This document shows, one piece after another, positions 9,028 through 17,923 of a stretch of DNA of 64,000 bases (positions are counted from its first letter, which is position 1; each line of letters opens with the position of its first letter). A program made the position numbers and the translations under genes. This stretch comes from a virus. A model generated the notes under the pieces. The model was not told the DNA's origin, ran no database searches, and saw only the letters and a list, made by a program, of their open reading frames with translations. The stretch covers positions 36,479 to 100,478 of IMG/VR virus record IMGVR_UViG_3300049489_001113, one strand, 5' to 3'.

Positions 9028-10176
9028 TCACTCCTTGCCCTGTGAAATTGCTGCGTACTTGACCGGGTCCTTCTTCGCCAACTCCATGGTGAGGCGTGGA
9101 TCCTTCAACCCAGGAAGCACGAGCAGCCCGGTCTTCGGGGGGACGATCGGGCGCCCGTTTCGGACCACGTCGAACACGGTCTCCTGTTGAGACTGCAGGA
9201 ATCCGATGGTTGGACGCTCCTTGTCGTCCACCCAGTGGAATCGCTTCCGCCACTGGTCCCAGTCCTCGACGAAGCTCGAGAGCGCCTTCTCCACGTCGGA
9301 CTGCCCGTAGTGGTCCACCAGCACGTTCACGAGCTTGCGCTCCTTGCCGAGCCACAGGGCGGGGTGCTCGTTCGGCCAGCGCCGCCTCCAGGCGGAACGC
9401 CACGCACGCTGGGCCAGGGTCGACGGGGTCGAGGGCTTACCCTCGTCCTGGTCATCCGGAGGACCGTGGGACCTCTGCCGGGGTGAGGCGGTCGGAACAG
9501 CTGGGGCTGCTCGACCGGTGGCACGGTCGGACGGCCGGGTGTGCTGACGGGTCGGAACGGGTTCGACCGCCGGGTTGGATCCACCCTCGACCTCTGATCG
9601 ATCTTCGTCGGAGGTTTTTTGCGCGGAGCGCAACTCCCTCTTCTCTCCCTTTTCTTCTCCCTCTTCTTCCCTATGTATCCTTTGCAGTGGGGGGGTTTGC
9701 ACTGTGAGTGGGGGGGTTTCGCACTGTGAGTGGGGGGGTTTCACACTGTGAGTGGGGGGGTTTCGAATATGCAAATAGTCCAAAACACCCCCACTCAATG
9801 GGGTGGTTTCTGTGCCTAAAACACCCCCACTCAATGGGGTGGTTTCTGTGCCTAAAACACCCCCACTCAATGGGGTGGTTTCTGTGCGAGCGGGCTCCTG
9901 CAACCACCCGTGGTTGATGTGGTACACGGCGGCCCTGCCCCGTCCACCACCCCGGTCCGTGGCTCGGATCGCGGCGCGGGCGATCAGTTTTCCGATGGTA
10001 GCTTGGAGCCAGTTCTTCGAGAGTCCAGTCTCAAGCAGCAGTGTCGCTACGCCTGGGTAGGACGCCCCCGTCTCAGAATTCTCGTGGTGTGCCAGTACAA
10101 CAAGCACGAGTCGCTCCGCTGCTGACAGCGGTTTGCGTGTTCGCAGTACGTTGCGGAGCCTGTCCGACGGTAGCAT
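9028..10176 (-). CDS. Replication initiator protein (N-terminal HTH, internal iterons)
   Basis: LVLVVLAHH...SYPGVATL..ETGLS HTH_36-like domain; central repeat region; upstream of loader and helicase as for lambda O-type initiators. Confidence 0.82.
   Translation of the reverse strand: MLPSDRLRNVLRTRKPLSAAERLVLVVLAHHENSETGASYPGVATLLLETGLSKNWLQATIGKLIARAAIRATDRGGGRGRAAVYHINHGWLQEPARTETTPLSGGVLGTETTPLSGGVLGTETTPLSGGVLDYLHIRNPPTHSVKPPHSQCETPPLTVQTPPLQRIHREEEGEEKGEKRELRSAQKTSDEDRSEVEGGSNPAVEPVPTRQHTRPSDRATGRAAPAVPTASPRQRSHGPPDDQDEGKPSTPSTLAQRAWRSAWRRRWPNEHPALWLGKERKLVNVLVDHYGQSDVEKALSSFVEDWDQWRKRFHWVDDKERPTIGFLQSQQETVFDVVRNGRPIVPPKTGLLVLPGLKDPRLTMELAKKDPVKYAAISQGKE
9686..9887. repeat. Putative replication origin iterons: four ~22-bp repeats (AGTGGGGGGGTTT core) and three 36-bp tandem repeats
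   Basis: AGTGGGGGGGTTT x4 at 9686-9764; AAAACACCCCCACTCAATGGGGTGGTTTCTGTGC(CT) x3 at 9782-9887, separated by an AT-rich spacer; inside the initiator gene. Confidence 0.85.
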
Positions 10177-10190
10177 GCTGTACCCCGCCG

Positions 10191-10478
10191 TTAGGCCACT
10201 GAGCTGTCCGTTGTGAAAAGACGCTCTGGGTGGAAGGTGTAGCGGGTGGGGGAGGGACCCGCGGCTCCGCTGCGGAGGCGCGACAAGATACCGGCCGCCA
10301 CCAGTTCTTGGATGATCGCATTCACGCTCTGCGTTGTGAGCTTCGTCTCCTGCGCGATCTGGTTCTGGGATGCTTCCCAGTTCAGATCCTGCAGGAGTTG
10401 AAGGACGATCTTCTGCGCGGGGCGTAGGTGCGTCCGCGCGAATGAGAGTGGATCCACGGCGGGCGTCGAAGGCTCCAT
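10191..10478 (-). CDS. Winged-HTH (MarR-like) DNA-binding protein
   Basis: SQNQIAQETKLTTQSVNAIIQELVAAGIL HTH pattern. Confidence 0.8.
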   Translation of the reverse strand: MEPSTPAVDPLSFARTHLRPAQKIVLQLLQDLNWEASQNQIAQETKLTTQSVNAIIQELVAAGILSRLRSGAAGPSPTRYTFHPERLFTTDSSVA

Positions 10479-10499
10479 GAACAGCTCCGGGTTCCGGAG

Positions 10500-10541
10500 A
10501 GACTATTCATGCAGCGTGCCTAAGTCAAGTGAATATTCACT
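10500..10541 (-). promoter_or_regulatory. Sigma70-type promoter of replication operon with adjacent 14-bp palindrome
   Basis: TTGACT-17 nt-TAGTCT on minus strand; AGTGAATATTCACT palindrome at 10528-10541. Confidence 0.65.
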
Positions 10542-10986
10542 CGCTGAGCTGGTCAAGACCCCAGGCCGTCGCTCCTACCACTACGAGGACGGATGCGCCC
10601 CCGACGGTGCGCTGCACCCATGGTTGATCCCAGAACTTCACCTGTTGCGCCTCTTCGAGGCGGGCCGCGTACCAGTCCCGCTCGGCCTCGGCGATCCGGA
10701 CCTGTCCCTGCAGGTACACCGTGTCGAGGCGGTACCTGGCTTCCAGGGCGTCGGACCACGCCTCGTGCTGGAGTCCGTCGGCGACCGCCGAGAGGGGCAC
10801 GGCGACCGCCCCGCAGGCCACCTTGCCGCCGGACACCAGGACCGCCGGGACGGGCTCACCCACGTCGAGCCCGATCGCCTCGGCGCACTCTCCCTCGACC
10901 GGTGGGATCGGGGAGGGACGCTCGGGGAGCGGGGGGAGTGGCTCCGCACCGAGCGCCGGCAGGAGTAGGCCGAGCGCGAGGATCAC
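10537..10986 (-). CDS. Envelope protein (signal peptide + C-terminal TM), possible spanin-like lysis accessory
   Basis: Hydrophobic N-terminus, Pro-rich linker, coiled region, C-terminal TM. Confidence 0.6.
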   Translation of the reverse strand: MILALGLLLPALGAEPLPPLPERPSPIPPVEGECAEAIGLDVGEPVPAVLVSGGKVACGAVAVPLSAVADGLQHEAWSDALEARYRLDTVYLQGQVRIAEAERDWYAARLEEAQQVKFWDQPWVQRTVGGASVLVVVGATAWGLDQLSE

Positions 10987-11252
10987 TTCCGCTTCCGGTT
11001 CAGGATGGCGGCGAGCGCGGAGCCCGGCTTCGACGCGGCGGCGGCGACCTTCACCTCCGCCTTCTCGTCCTCGAGCTTCGCGTCGACCTGCTTCGCCGCT
11101 TCGGCGTGCACCTCGGCGGCGACCGCCTTCGCGGTGTCGGTGGGTGGCGCGGGGGGCGTGACGACCTGTTTCCGCTTCCCGAGGAAACGGAGCAGGAGCG
11201 TCGCGGCCACCCCGAGCGCGGCCCCGAGGACCGCGATCAGGGGTGAGTCCAC
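10983..11252 (-). CDS. Small membrane protein (N-terminal TM + Ala/Lys helix), possible i-spanin-like
   Basis: LIAVLGAALGVAATLLL TM; end of the late operon. Confidence 0.6.
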   Translation of the reverse strand: MDSPLIAVLGAALGVAATLLLRFLGKRKQVVTPPAPPTDTAKAVAAEVHAEAAKQVDAKLEDEKAEVKVAAAASKPGSALAAILNRKRK

Positions 11253-11572
11253 TACGGGATGACCTTCATCACGTGGTACGCGACATCGGTGTCAGCGCCG
11301 GGGACGGCGTCGACCGAAATCGTGAGCAGGCCGGTTCCGTTCCACGAGTACCACAGCTTCGCCGCGGTGCCGGGGTTCTCGGCGAAGGTGAGCTGCACGA
11401 ACGCACCGTCCCACGCGGCGGGGAACTGCACGGTGGTCGAGGTGCCGGCCGCGAGGACGACGACGACACCGACCATGCCGATCGCGTCGGCGATGTCCTT
11501 GGCGGCGGTGCCCGCGGATCCGCCTGCGAGGACGGTGCGGGCCGGGATCTGACGGGCGGAGACTGCGGGCAT
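11252..11572 (-). CDS. Hypothetical virion-associated protein (106 aa)
   Basis: AGGAG RBS; beta-rich composition. Confidence 0.65.
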   Translation of the reverse strand: MPAVSARQIPARTVLAGGSAGTAAKDIADAIGMVGVVVVLAAGTSTTVQFPAAWDGAFVQLTFAENPGTAAKLWYSWNGTGLLTISVDAVPGADTDVAYHVMKVIP

Positions 11573-11610
11573 GGTTCACACTCCTGGGGAAAGGGTACGG
11601 ACGGTGTCTA

Positions 11611-14241
11611 TCACGAGTCCTTGATGCCGATGGCCTCTTCGAGATCCTCGACCTGGGACCGGGTGCGGATGTAGAACAGGTTCGCATCCACAACACCGTT
11701 GAACTCGACGTGCAGGAGCACGTGTTGCGGCTCGAGCCCGGAGACGGTGACAGGGGTGGTGAGGTCGATGGTGACCTCGCGGATTCCCGCACCCGCGGTG
11801 GTTGTCTCGCCCGAGTTCGTTGAGACGAGCGTGACAGAGCCGTCGTTCTCGATCTTGTAGGCGAGAAGATCCCACGAACTCGATGCGGTGCTCACGCCGA
11901 GGACGACGCGCTCGAGCGTCTCTCCCGGGTTCAGCAGGATCTGGAAGAACCCGATCGACGGTGCGGACACCGTCCCCTCGTAGAGGGCAGCCGGCCAGTA
12001 GGCCACGCTGCCCGGGGGGTTCACCGACGTGTACTTGGCGGGGTTGCCAGGGGATGCGCCCGTCGGCAGCCACTCCGCGAAGGGAGTGGCCCCCGTCGCC
12101 TCGTTGCGGTTCCACTGGTCCATGTAGAACATGCGACGGAGCTTGCGCGCGGAGGCGAACTTGTACCGCTTGTTGTTCCCGAGGGTGACGTTCTCCTGGA
12201 GTGCGACCTCTCCCGCGAGCAGGATGTCGGTGGCGAAGAGGGTGACCATCTGCCCACCCTCGTCTGCCTCGACGTAGGTGGATGCGTCCTTGCCGATGCG
12301 CGAGAGCGCGCCCGCACTGTCGAGGAACAGCCCGGCGTCACCACTCGCAAGCGAGAAGTTCACCTGCCCCGTTGTGGCGCTGAACTGGAGTAGATTCGCG
12401 CTGTCGTCGAACCAGAAGGTCGGGGACCCAAGGGAGCCGAACTTCACGTCACCGGAGAGGACGTGCAGCGAGGTGTCGCCCTGCACCACGTGCGTGCCGG
12501 TTCCGGTGAACCCGGCGATCTTCAGGCCGGCGAACCCGTTCGTGACACCGGTGGGTGCGGCCAACTCGACGACGTAGGCCGACGTGACATCTGCGCCGGC
12601 GTCCTTGGTGAGCTGGAATCGGAAGGCGTGCGCCTGGTTGTCCCCGTCGTTCGGGAACAGGCCGAACGTGAGATGCCCGATGTCGGTGCCGTTCTGGCTG
12701 TAGTTCGCGTTCAGCGTCAGCTCGGACAGGAAGTCCGCGGTGGCGCCCGCGTCGTCGGCGAAGAACTGGATCCACGCCTTGCCCTCGGCCTGGGTGGGGA
12801 CGAGGAATCCGGAGAGCGAGGTGGTCACCTCCTCGGTGGTGGCGCCGAGGTACAGGTAGCCGTTGTTGCCCGCCTGCTGGCTGCGCGCGATGAGCGCGTT
12901 CGCGAACACGGCCGCCCCCCAGCCGGATCCGAAGTCGGTGCTTTTCCAGCCTGCCGCATCGAGGAGCGGGAAGGACGTGGCCCCGTCCCACACGTTGAGG
13001 TCGATGAAGGGGGACAAGGCGTTCGCGGCGAGGGCCGGGAAGCGGATGCCCTCCGTGCTCGTGCGGATGATCGGGTGCTGGTTCGCGGCGAGCGACGCAC
13101 CGGGTCCGACGTCGTCGGCGAACTGGATGTCCTTCCACTTCCCGCTCCCCAGGTCGAACTTCGACTTGAGGATGTGGGTGAGCGGCCCGAGCGGGGCCAT
13201 CTCGTAGTGGCCCGGCGTCGTGTACACGATGTTCGCCGGCACGATCGTCGGGGCGCCAGCACCGGGCGTGATCGTGGCGATGTGGATCCAGTAGACCTTC
13301 TCCTCGTGTCCCTGCGGGGCGAGGTCCGGGTAGTCCGGCCGGTCGGCGCTCGTGGGGAGGTTCGCGCCGGTGCGGAAGATGCGGTGGAAGTAGCGGACGC
13401 GGAGTCGGTGCGACGGCTCCAGGAGCATCGTCGGCTCCTCGAGGTCGGGATCCTCCTCCATGTCCTGGTCCTCGACCCACACTCCGAGCCACACCTTCTC
13501 GACCTGCCCGTTCACGAAGGTGACGCTGTTCGGCAGCACGAGGTACTCGTCGCCGATCGCCGGACCGCCGGCGCTGTAGGGGCCGGTGACCGTGAGGCGC
13601 GCCGAGGTGGGCACGGCGGAGATCGTGTACGTGTTCCCAGCCTCCGCGCCGGTGACGAACCGCACGCGGGCGTGACGGTCGGTACCGTTGCCGACGCCGC
13701 CGGAGGGGGCGACCAGGTGCAGACTGCCCGTTGCGGGGGTGAAGTCCTTGCTGTCGTCCTCGAACGTGGTGCCGCCGGGGAGGGCGGTGACCTTGCCGCT
13801 CGTGATGACGTGCCCCAGGTCCGAGTAGAGCCCGGCCGGTCCACGGGAGTCGCTGTCCTCGACGAAGAGGCCCTGCACCCAAGACGGGCCCCACATCACG
13901 TAGAAGTCGTTCGAGAGCCCGGCGGTGTGCACCCAGGGCCGCATCGAACCGGGGAACCAGGACGTCGGGGTCGCGGCCACGGTCGGCGCGTCGGCGGGCC
14001 ACGTCTTCGTCGGGTCCACAGGGTGGACGAACTCGTAGAGCGCGTCATCGACCGTGACCTGCGTGGTGTCGAAGCCGATGAGCGTGTCGATGGCGCGCGA
14101 CGTGCGCCAATCGAGCAGGTCCTGCAACTCGTTGATGTCGGCGTCCGTGATGGGCACACCCTGCTGGAGCAGCATGCGCAGGTAGCTCTTGTTCGCGTCG
14201 AAGGTCTTCCGCGAGACGTTGGCGGTTGGCGTACCCATCAC
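11611..14241 (-). CDS. DUF6519-like baseplate/tail-fibre protein (876 aa)
   Basis: N-terminus SRKTFD..KSY..MLLQQGVPITDADINE resembles the DUF6519 N-terminal motif of eCIS loci; beta-rich C-terminal part. Confidence 0.75.
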   Translation of the reverse strand: MMGTPTANVSRKTFDANKSYLRMLLQQGVPITDADINELQDLLDWRTSRAIDTLIGFDTTQVTVDDALYEFVHPVDPTKTWPADAPTVAATPTSWFPGSMRPWVHTAGLSNDFYVMWGPSWVQGLFVEDSDSRGPAGLYSDLGHVITSGKVTALPGGTTFEDDSKDFTPATGSLHLVAPSGGVGNGTDRHARVRFVTGAEAGNTYTISAVPTSARLTVTGPYSAGGPAIGDEYLVLPNSVTFVNGQVEKVWLGVWVEDQDMEEDPDLEEPTMLLEPSHRLRVRYFHRIFRTGANLPTSADRPDYPDLAPQGHEEKVYWIHIATITPGAGAPTIVPANIVYTTPGHYEMAPLGPLTHILKSKFDLGSGKWKDIQFADDVGPGASLAANQHPIIRTSTEGIRFPALAANALSPFIDLNVWDGATSFPLLDAAGWKSTDFGSGWGAAVFANALIARSQQAGNNGYLYLGATTEEVTTSLSGFLVPTQAEGKAWIQFFADDAGATADFLSELTLNANYSQNGTDIGHLTFGLFPNDGDNQAHAFRFQLTKDAGADVTSAYVVELAAPTGVTNGFAGLKIAGFTGTGTHVVQGDTSLHVLSGDVKFGSLGSPTFWFDDSANLLQFSATTGQVNFSLASGDAGLFLDSAGALSRIGKDASTYVEADEGGQMVTLFATDILLAGEVALQENVTLGNNKRYKFASARKLRRMFYMDQWNRNEATGATPFAEWLPTGASPGNPAKYTSVNPPGSVAYWPAALYEGTVSAPSIGFFQILLNPGETLERVVLGVSTASSSWDLLAYKIENDGSVTLVSTNSGETTTAGAGIREVTIDLTTPVTVSGLEPQHVLLHVEFNGVVDANLFYIRTRSQVEDLEEAIGIKDS

Positions 14242-14849
14242 TGCACCTCGAACGTGAACCGGATCGACCGGTCGATGGAGATCGAACTCGTCTTGTCGAT
14301 CCTACTGTGGACGATCCAGTCGGTCATCAGGCCGGAGTTCGCGACCCCCGTGGCGTTCCCACTGAACACCCCGAACTCGCGGAGCGCGGAGCCATTAGCC
14401 TCGCCGAGGGCGAGCGTGGTGTCCACCTGGATGACGTTCGACGGGGTCGGATCGATGTTGACCCCGGAGACGGGGTTGCGGAAGGTGATGGCCACCGCGG
14501 GGATCGCCTTCCGGAACACCTCCGTGGTGAGAGTGGTGTCGGCGAAGGGCTGGGTCGGCGCTGCCGAGTCCCAGGCGGGCAACCCGGTCCCGAAGGCGAA
14601 GTACAGGAACCCCGTGTAGCCCACGCGGTTCTTGCACAGCGAGGCGAGGAGCACGGCGTTCGTGTTCTGCACTTGGTTGTGCTGCCAACCAGTGTCCTCG
14701 ACGATGTTCCCTCGCTCATCGCGGATGATGTCCCGCCACTCCCCCTTCATGCGAAGGAGTCCCTTCGTCGGATCGATTCCCTCCACGACACGACGGACAG
14801 GTTCCCGCACGGGGGGAGGTTGCAAGAGGATCGATGGGTCTCGGTGCAT
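14238..14849 (-). CDS. Tail fibre/collar-associated protein (start 14849 or 14750)
   Basis: HNQV, AFGTG, LxxEVFRK, EANG..LREFGVF motifs typical of tail-collar proteins. Confidence 0.7.
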   Translation of the reverse strand: MHRDPSILLQPPPVREPVRRVVEGIDPTKGLLRMKGEWRDIIRDERGNIVEDTGWQHNQVQNTNAVLLASLCKNRVGYTGFLYFAFGTGLPAWDSAAPTQPFADTTLTTEVFRKAIPAVAITFRNPVSGVNIDPTPSNVIQVDTTLALGEANGSALREFGVFSGNATGVANSGLMTDWIVHSRIDKTSSISIDRSIRFTFEVQ

Positions 14850-14858
14850 CGTCGGATC

Positions 14859-15653
14859 CTACGGGTAGGGGGCGGGTGGGGGTGTGCCAGCGTATCCGAG
14901 CGCCTCGTGGTGCGTGCGGACCGTGGTGGTGTTGGTGGTACGGGCAGCGACGTTGGAGACCATGAGCAGGATCCCAGGGCCCCAGGTGCCAGAGGCCGAC
15001 TCTTCCGGCGCGCCGAGCGTCTCGATGTAGTTGAGCGTCTCCGCGAAGAAGTCCTCCCCCATCGGAACGATGGTCTCGAGGATGGTCGGGGGGCGCAGGA
15101 TGACGGCGATCTTGGCCCACGATGTCTTCAGCTCGTCAGGGACGATGCGATCGATCTTGTTGATCGTGATCCTGGTCAGCTCGTCCGACACGTCTCCGAC
15201 CGGCTCGAGCACCAGCACGAGCCCGTTGAGGCAGTGCCAGTTCTCCTGGGTCGGCGTGTACTTCAGCTCGTCGCCGATGGTGCCGATGAGGCCCACGTCC
15301 ACCGATCCGACGTCCGGCGTGGTGCAGCGGGTGTCGTTGGAGAACATGACGTAGCGCCAACCCTCGTGGGCGGTGACGTCCCATTCGGCCACGCTCTCGA
15401 CGAACGCTGTGATCGCGTCCGCCCGTCCCTTGCGCTTGTACAGGGAGACCGCGTTGAGCGTCTCCTTCCGGCGCTTGCCCTCCGGCAGCTCGAAGTTCGT
15501 CGGCCAGCCGATGAGCCAGTCGATGTACGGGAGCAGCTCGGCCTCGACGGTGTCGACCTTGTAGTTGTCGAGCAGGCGCTCGATGTCGGTCTTCACCGAG
15601 TCGGCGACGGTACCGAAGATCTGCAGGAAGCGTTCGAGTGGGGAGGCGCTCAC
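14859..15653 (-). CDS. P2 gpI-like baseplate wedge protein (C-terminal part)
   Basis: PLERFLQIFG, LLPYIDWLIGW, AVSLYKRKG motifs; GTG start overlapping the upstream TGA, with GGAG RBS. Confidence 0.78.
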   Translation of the reverse strand: MSASPLERFLQIFGTVADSVKTDIERLLDNYKVDTVEAELLPYIDWLIGWPTNFELPEGKRRKETLNAVSLYKRKGRADAITAFVESVAEWDVTAHEGWRYVMFSNDTRCTTPDVGSVDVGLIGTIGDELKYTPTQENWHCLNGLVLVLEPVGDVSDELTRITINKIDRIVPDELKTSWAKIAVILRPPTILETIVPMGEDFFAETLNYIETLGAPEESASGTWGPGILLMVSNVAARTTNTTTVRTHHEALGYAGTPPPAPYP

Positions 15654-16750
15654 GGCAGATCTCCGTCGATGACCTGCCAAGCCTGGGGCATCAGGTCGTA
15701 GAGCTTCGAGGAGTGCCCGTACCTTCCGTAGGCGAAGGAGCGAGCGAAGGTGGCGTTGTCGGCGTACGCCCAGAACCAGTCAGGGTTCTCCGCACTCGGG
15801 GGCACGAGGATGAACAGCGTGTAGTACCGGAACTGCCGCTCGACGCGGTCGGCGTCGTCGTAGTCCTCGTGGTGCTGGTCACCGGGCACCTTCCGGTCGG
15901 TGAACACGGGCGAGGTGATCGAGCCGTCGACGAACCCGTCGTGGATCTGGTCGGCCTGTGCGTCGTCGCTGTCGCGGGGGTACTCGATCGGCTTCGCAAC
16001 CAGCCTGTACCGCCGCACGTTGTTGAGGATCGCGAGGTCGTACGGGCTCTCGTTGAGCTGGTCAGCGAAGTCCGCGACGAGCGATTCGTTCACGTCCACG
16101 GTCAGCGCGGCGCCCGTGACTTCTGGGTCGACGTCGAAGTCATAGGTCTGCCGCGCCGTCACGAGTGGCTCCCACCCGTACCGCTCCGCCTGCCGACGGA
16201 ACTTGTAGAAGTCGTCGCGCATGTTCACGCTGCGCGCGTCGTCCACCACGGTGAAGGACACGGTCTCCGTGATGGTCGCACCGTCGCAATCCTCGATCGA
16301 GATCTCGAGCGTGCCTGTGCTTCCTGGGAGGAGTCCGAACAGCGGCTGCACCACGACGGTGGCCTGTTGCCCCTCCTCGTAGTCGAACAGCTCGATGCTG
16401 CTCGCGATGCCGTCGAAGCCGGGTTGGAAGGTGGTGCCTGTCACGACGTCCACCCAGCCGTCAGGGCTCTCCGCCGGGTAGGGTTGCTGCCGGTACCGGA
16501 TCAGCAGCGTGGCCATCTCGAGTGGGAGGTTCCCGTCCCGCAACCGGACTCGGAACCGCGCGGAACGGGGCACGTCGGTGGCCATGTGCACGGGGGCGAG
16601 AGGGGTGATCTCCACCGCCGGTACGGCGTACTCCGGCTCACCGCCGAAGAGCCCGAACGTGCCGCGCACCTCGCCCGCGTCCGGGTCGCCGGAGGACATG
16701 CCTCTGGTGACCCAGGCGAGACCGATGCGGGCCCCGGGATTGCAGGCCAC
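15650..16750 (-). CDS. Baseplate-associated protein ending in the LYDLMP motif
   Basis: 366-aa ORF with GC3 bias; C-terminal LYDLMPQAWQVID matches the usual N-terminus of wedge proteins. Confidence 0.7.
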   Translation of the reverse strand: MACNPGARIGLAWVTRGMSSGDPDAGEVRGTFGLFGGEPEYAVPAVEITPLAPVHMATDVPRSARFRVRLRDGNLPLEMATLLIRYRQQPYPAESPDGWVDVVTGTTFQPGFDGIASSIELFDYEEGQQATVVVQPLFGLLPGSTGTLEISIEDCDGATITETVSFTVVDDARSVNMRDDFYKFRRQAERYGWEPLVTARQTYDFDVDPEVTGAALTVDVNESLVADFADQLNESPYDLAILNNVRRYRLVAKPIEYPRDSDDAQADQIHDGFVDGSITSPVFTDRKVPGDQHHEDYDDADRVERQFRYYTLFILVPPSAENPDWFWAYADNATFARSFAYGRYGHSSKLYDLMPQAWQVIDGDLP

Positions 16751-16753
16751 GGC

Positions 16754-17356
16754 CTACTCCGCCTTGAACGTCGCCAAGTTCCCGTCGACGTCGTACGTCA
16801 TCGTGACGTCGATCTGCCCGATGCGGTTCGTGTCGGCGGAGACATCTGCGCTGGACGGGTAGGCGACGTGCCGCGCGGTGAGCAGGCGGCCCTCGGCGTC
16901 GTAGACGGGGTTCGGCCCAGCCTGGCCCATGATGCGGGACCAGAACTGCCCGCCGATGCCGAGCGCCATCGCGGCGCGCTGCCCGAAGGTGCCGGCGCCG
17001 ACGTACTCGGTGACCAGGTCCTCCCAGGGCGACCGACGTTGCTGGAGTATGAACCCGTTCTCGAGCGTGAGAGACGTCGACTCGTAGACGCGAAACCGGT
17101 ACCCCCTGAGCCCGAGGGTGTGATTGAGCTGGCCGGCGAGCACCGCGGCCTCGTAGACACCGGGGAAATTGGTCGCGTCAACCGCGGTCATCGCGACCGT
17201 GGTGGCGCCGACCTGCCAGTTCGTGCCGTTCCAATACTGACTGTCGACCACGCGTTGGATGGTGGCGACGGGAGACAGGCCCGTCACGCCCGCGCCCGAC
17301 AGGAGAACCTCGAGTCTGGCGGTGATGGCGTTCCAGGGTTGTGTCTCGGCGCGCAT
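16754..17356 (-). CDS. Hypothetical virion protein (200 aa)
   Basis: YWNGTNW motif; in tail gene cluster. Confidence 0.7.
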   Translation of the reverse strand: MRAETQPWNAITARLEVLLSGAGVTGLSPVATIQRVVDSQYWNGTNWQVGATTVAMTAVDATNFPGVYEAAVLAGQLNHTLGLRGYRFRVYESTSLTLENGFILQQRRSPWEDLVTEYVGAGTFGQRAAMALGIGGQFWSRIMGQAGPNPVYDAEGRLLTARHVAYPSSADVSADTNRIGQIDVTMTYDVDGNLATFKAE

Positions 17357-17365
17357 CGACGTCCC

Positions 17366-17725
17366 CTACTTCGTGGTGGTCGTATCCGTCGACGGCTCGG
17401 GTGTCGCGGGGGCAGGGGCTTTCGGGCAGTCGCACGTGGCAAGGCACGCGGGGAGGGGCACCGCGGTTGGGTCCGCGGCGTAGGCTTCCGCCGTCGGTGC
17501 GATCCAGTCGCGGGGCGGCAGACAGCCCTTCGCGACCGCCTCGGCCAGGACCTTCTGGTCCGCGACCATGCGCGCCAGGGCGGCCACCTTGTCGTGGAGT
17601 CCGGCCGCCATCTGGACCTGCGCGCTGTCCTGCCGCACCTCCTCGACTTCCTCGGGCGTGGCGCCCACGTCGGCGGGCTCCTCGGCGACAACGGATCGGG
17701 CGAACAGCAGAGAGAGCAGGACCAT
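17366..17725 (-). CDS. Secreted/periplasmic small protein with signal peptide and Cys cluster
   Basis: MVLLSLLFARSVVA signal-like N-terminus; TGATG coupling to the upstream gene. Confidence 0.6.
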   Translation of the reverse strand: MVLLSLLFARSVVAEEPADVGATPEEVEEVRQDSAQVQMAAGLHDKVAALARMVADQKVLAEAVAKGCLPPRDWIAPTAEAYAADPTAVPLPACLATCDCPKAPAPATPEPSTDTTTTK

Positions 17726-17919
17726 CACTTCAACCCCATGTCGGTCAGAGCTTTGTCGATGCCGTGTAGTTCGACCTGCACGAGGGCCAGCTCGAGGCGT
17801 AGGCGCTGCACCTCCTCGTGCTGCTGCCACCCCCAACCCGTGAGTGCCATGACGGCTGCGACGAGCCCGCCGATGACCCAGCGGGCAAAGCTCTCGGAGA
17901 TTACGGGATGTTCCGGCAT
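17725..17919 (-). CDS. Small single-TM + coiled-coil protein (holin-like)
   Basis: WVIGGLVAAVMALTGWGW TM; preceded by TGATACTGT 6 nt before ATG (leaderless). Confidence 0.55.
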   Translation of the reverse strand: MPEHPVISESFARWVIGGLVAAVMALTGWGWQQHEEVQRLRLELALVQVELHGIDKALTDMGLK

Positions 17920-17923
17920 GCCG

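Noticed and set aside
9782-9887. 36-bp repeats as a CRISPR array
   Set aside because: The repeats are directly tandem with no spacers, in frame within the initiator gene, and no cas genes are present.
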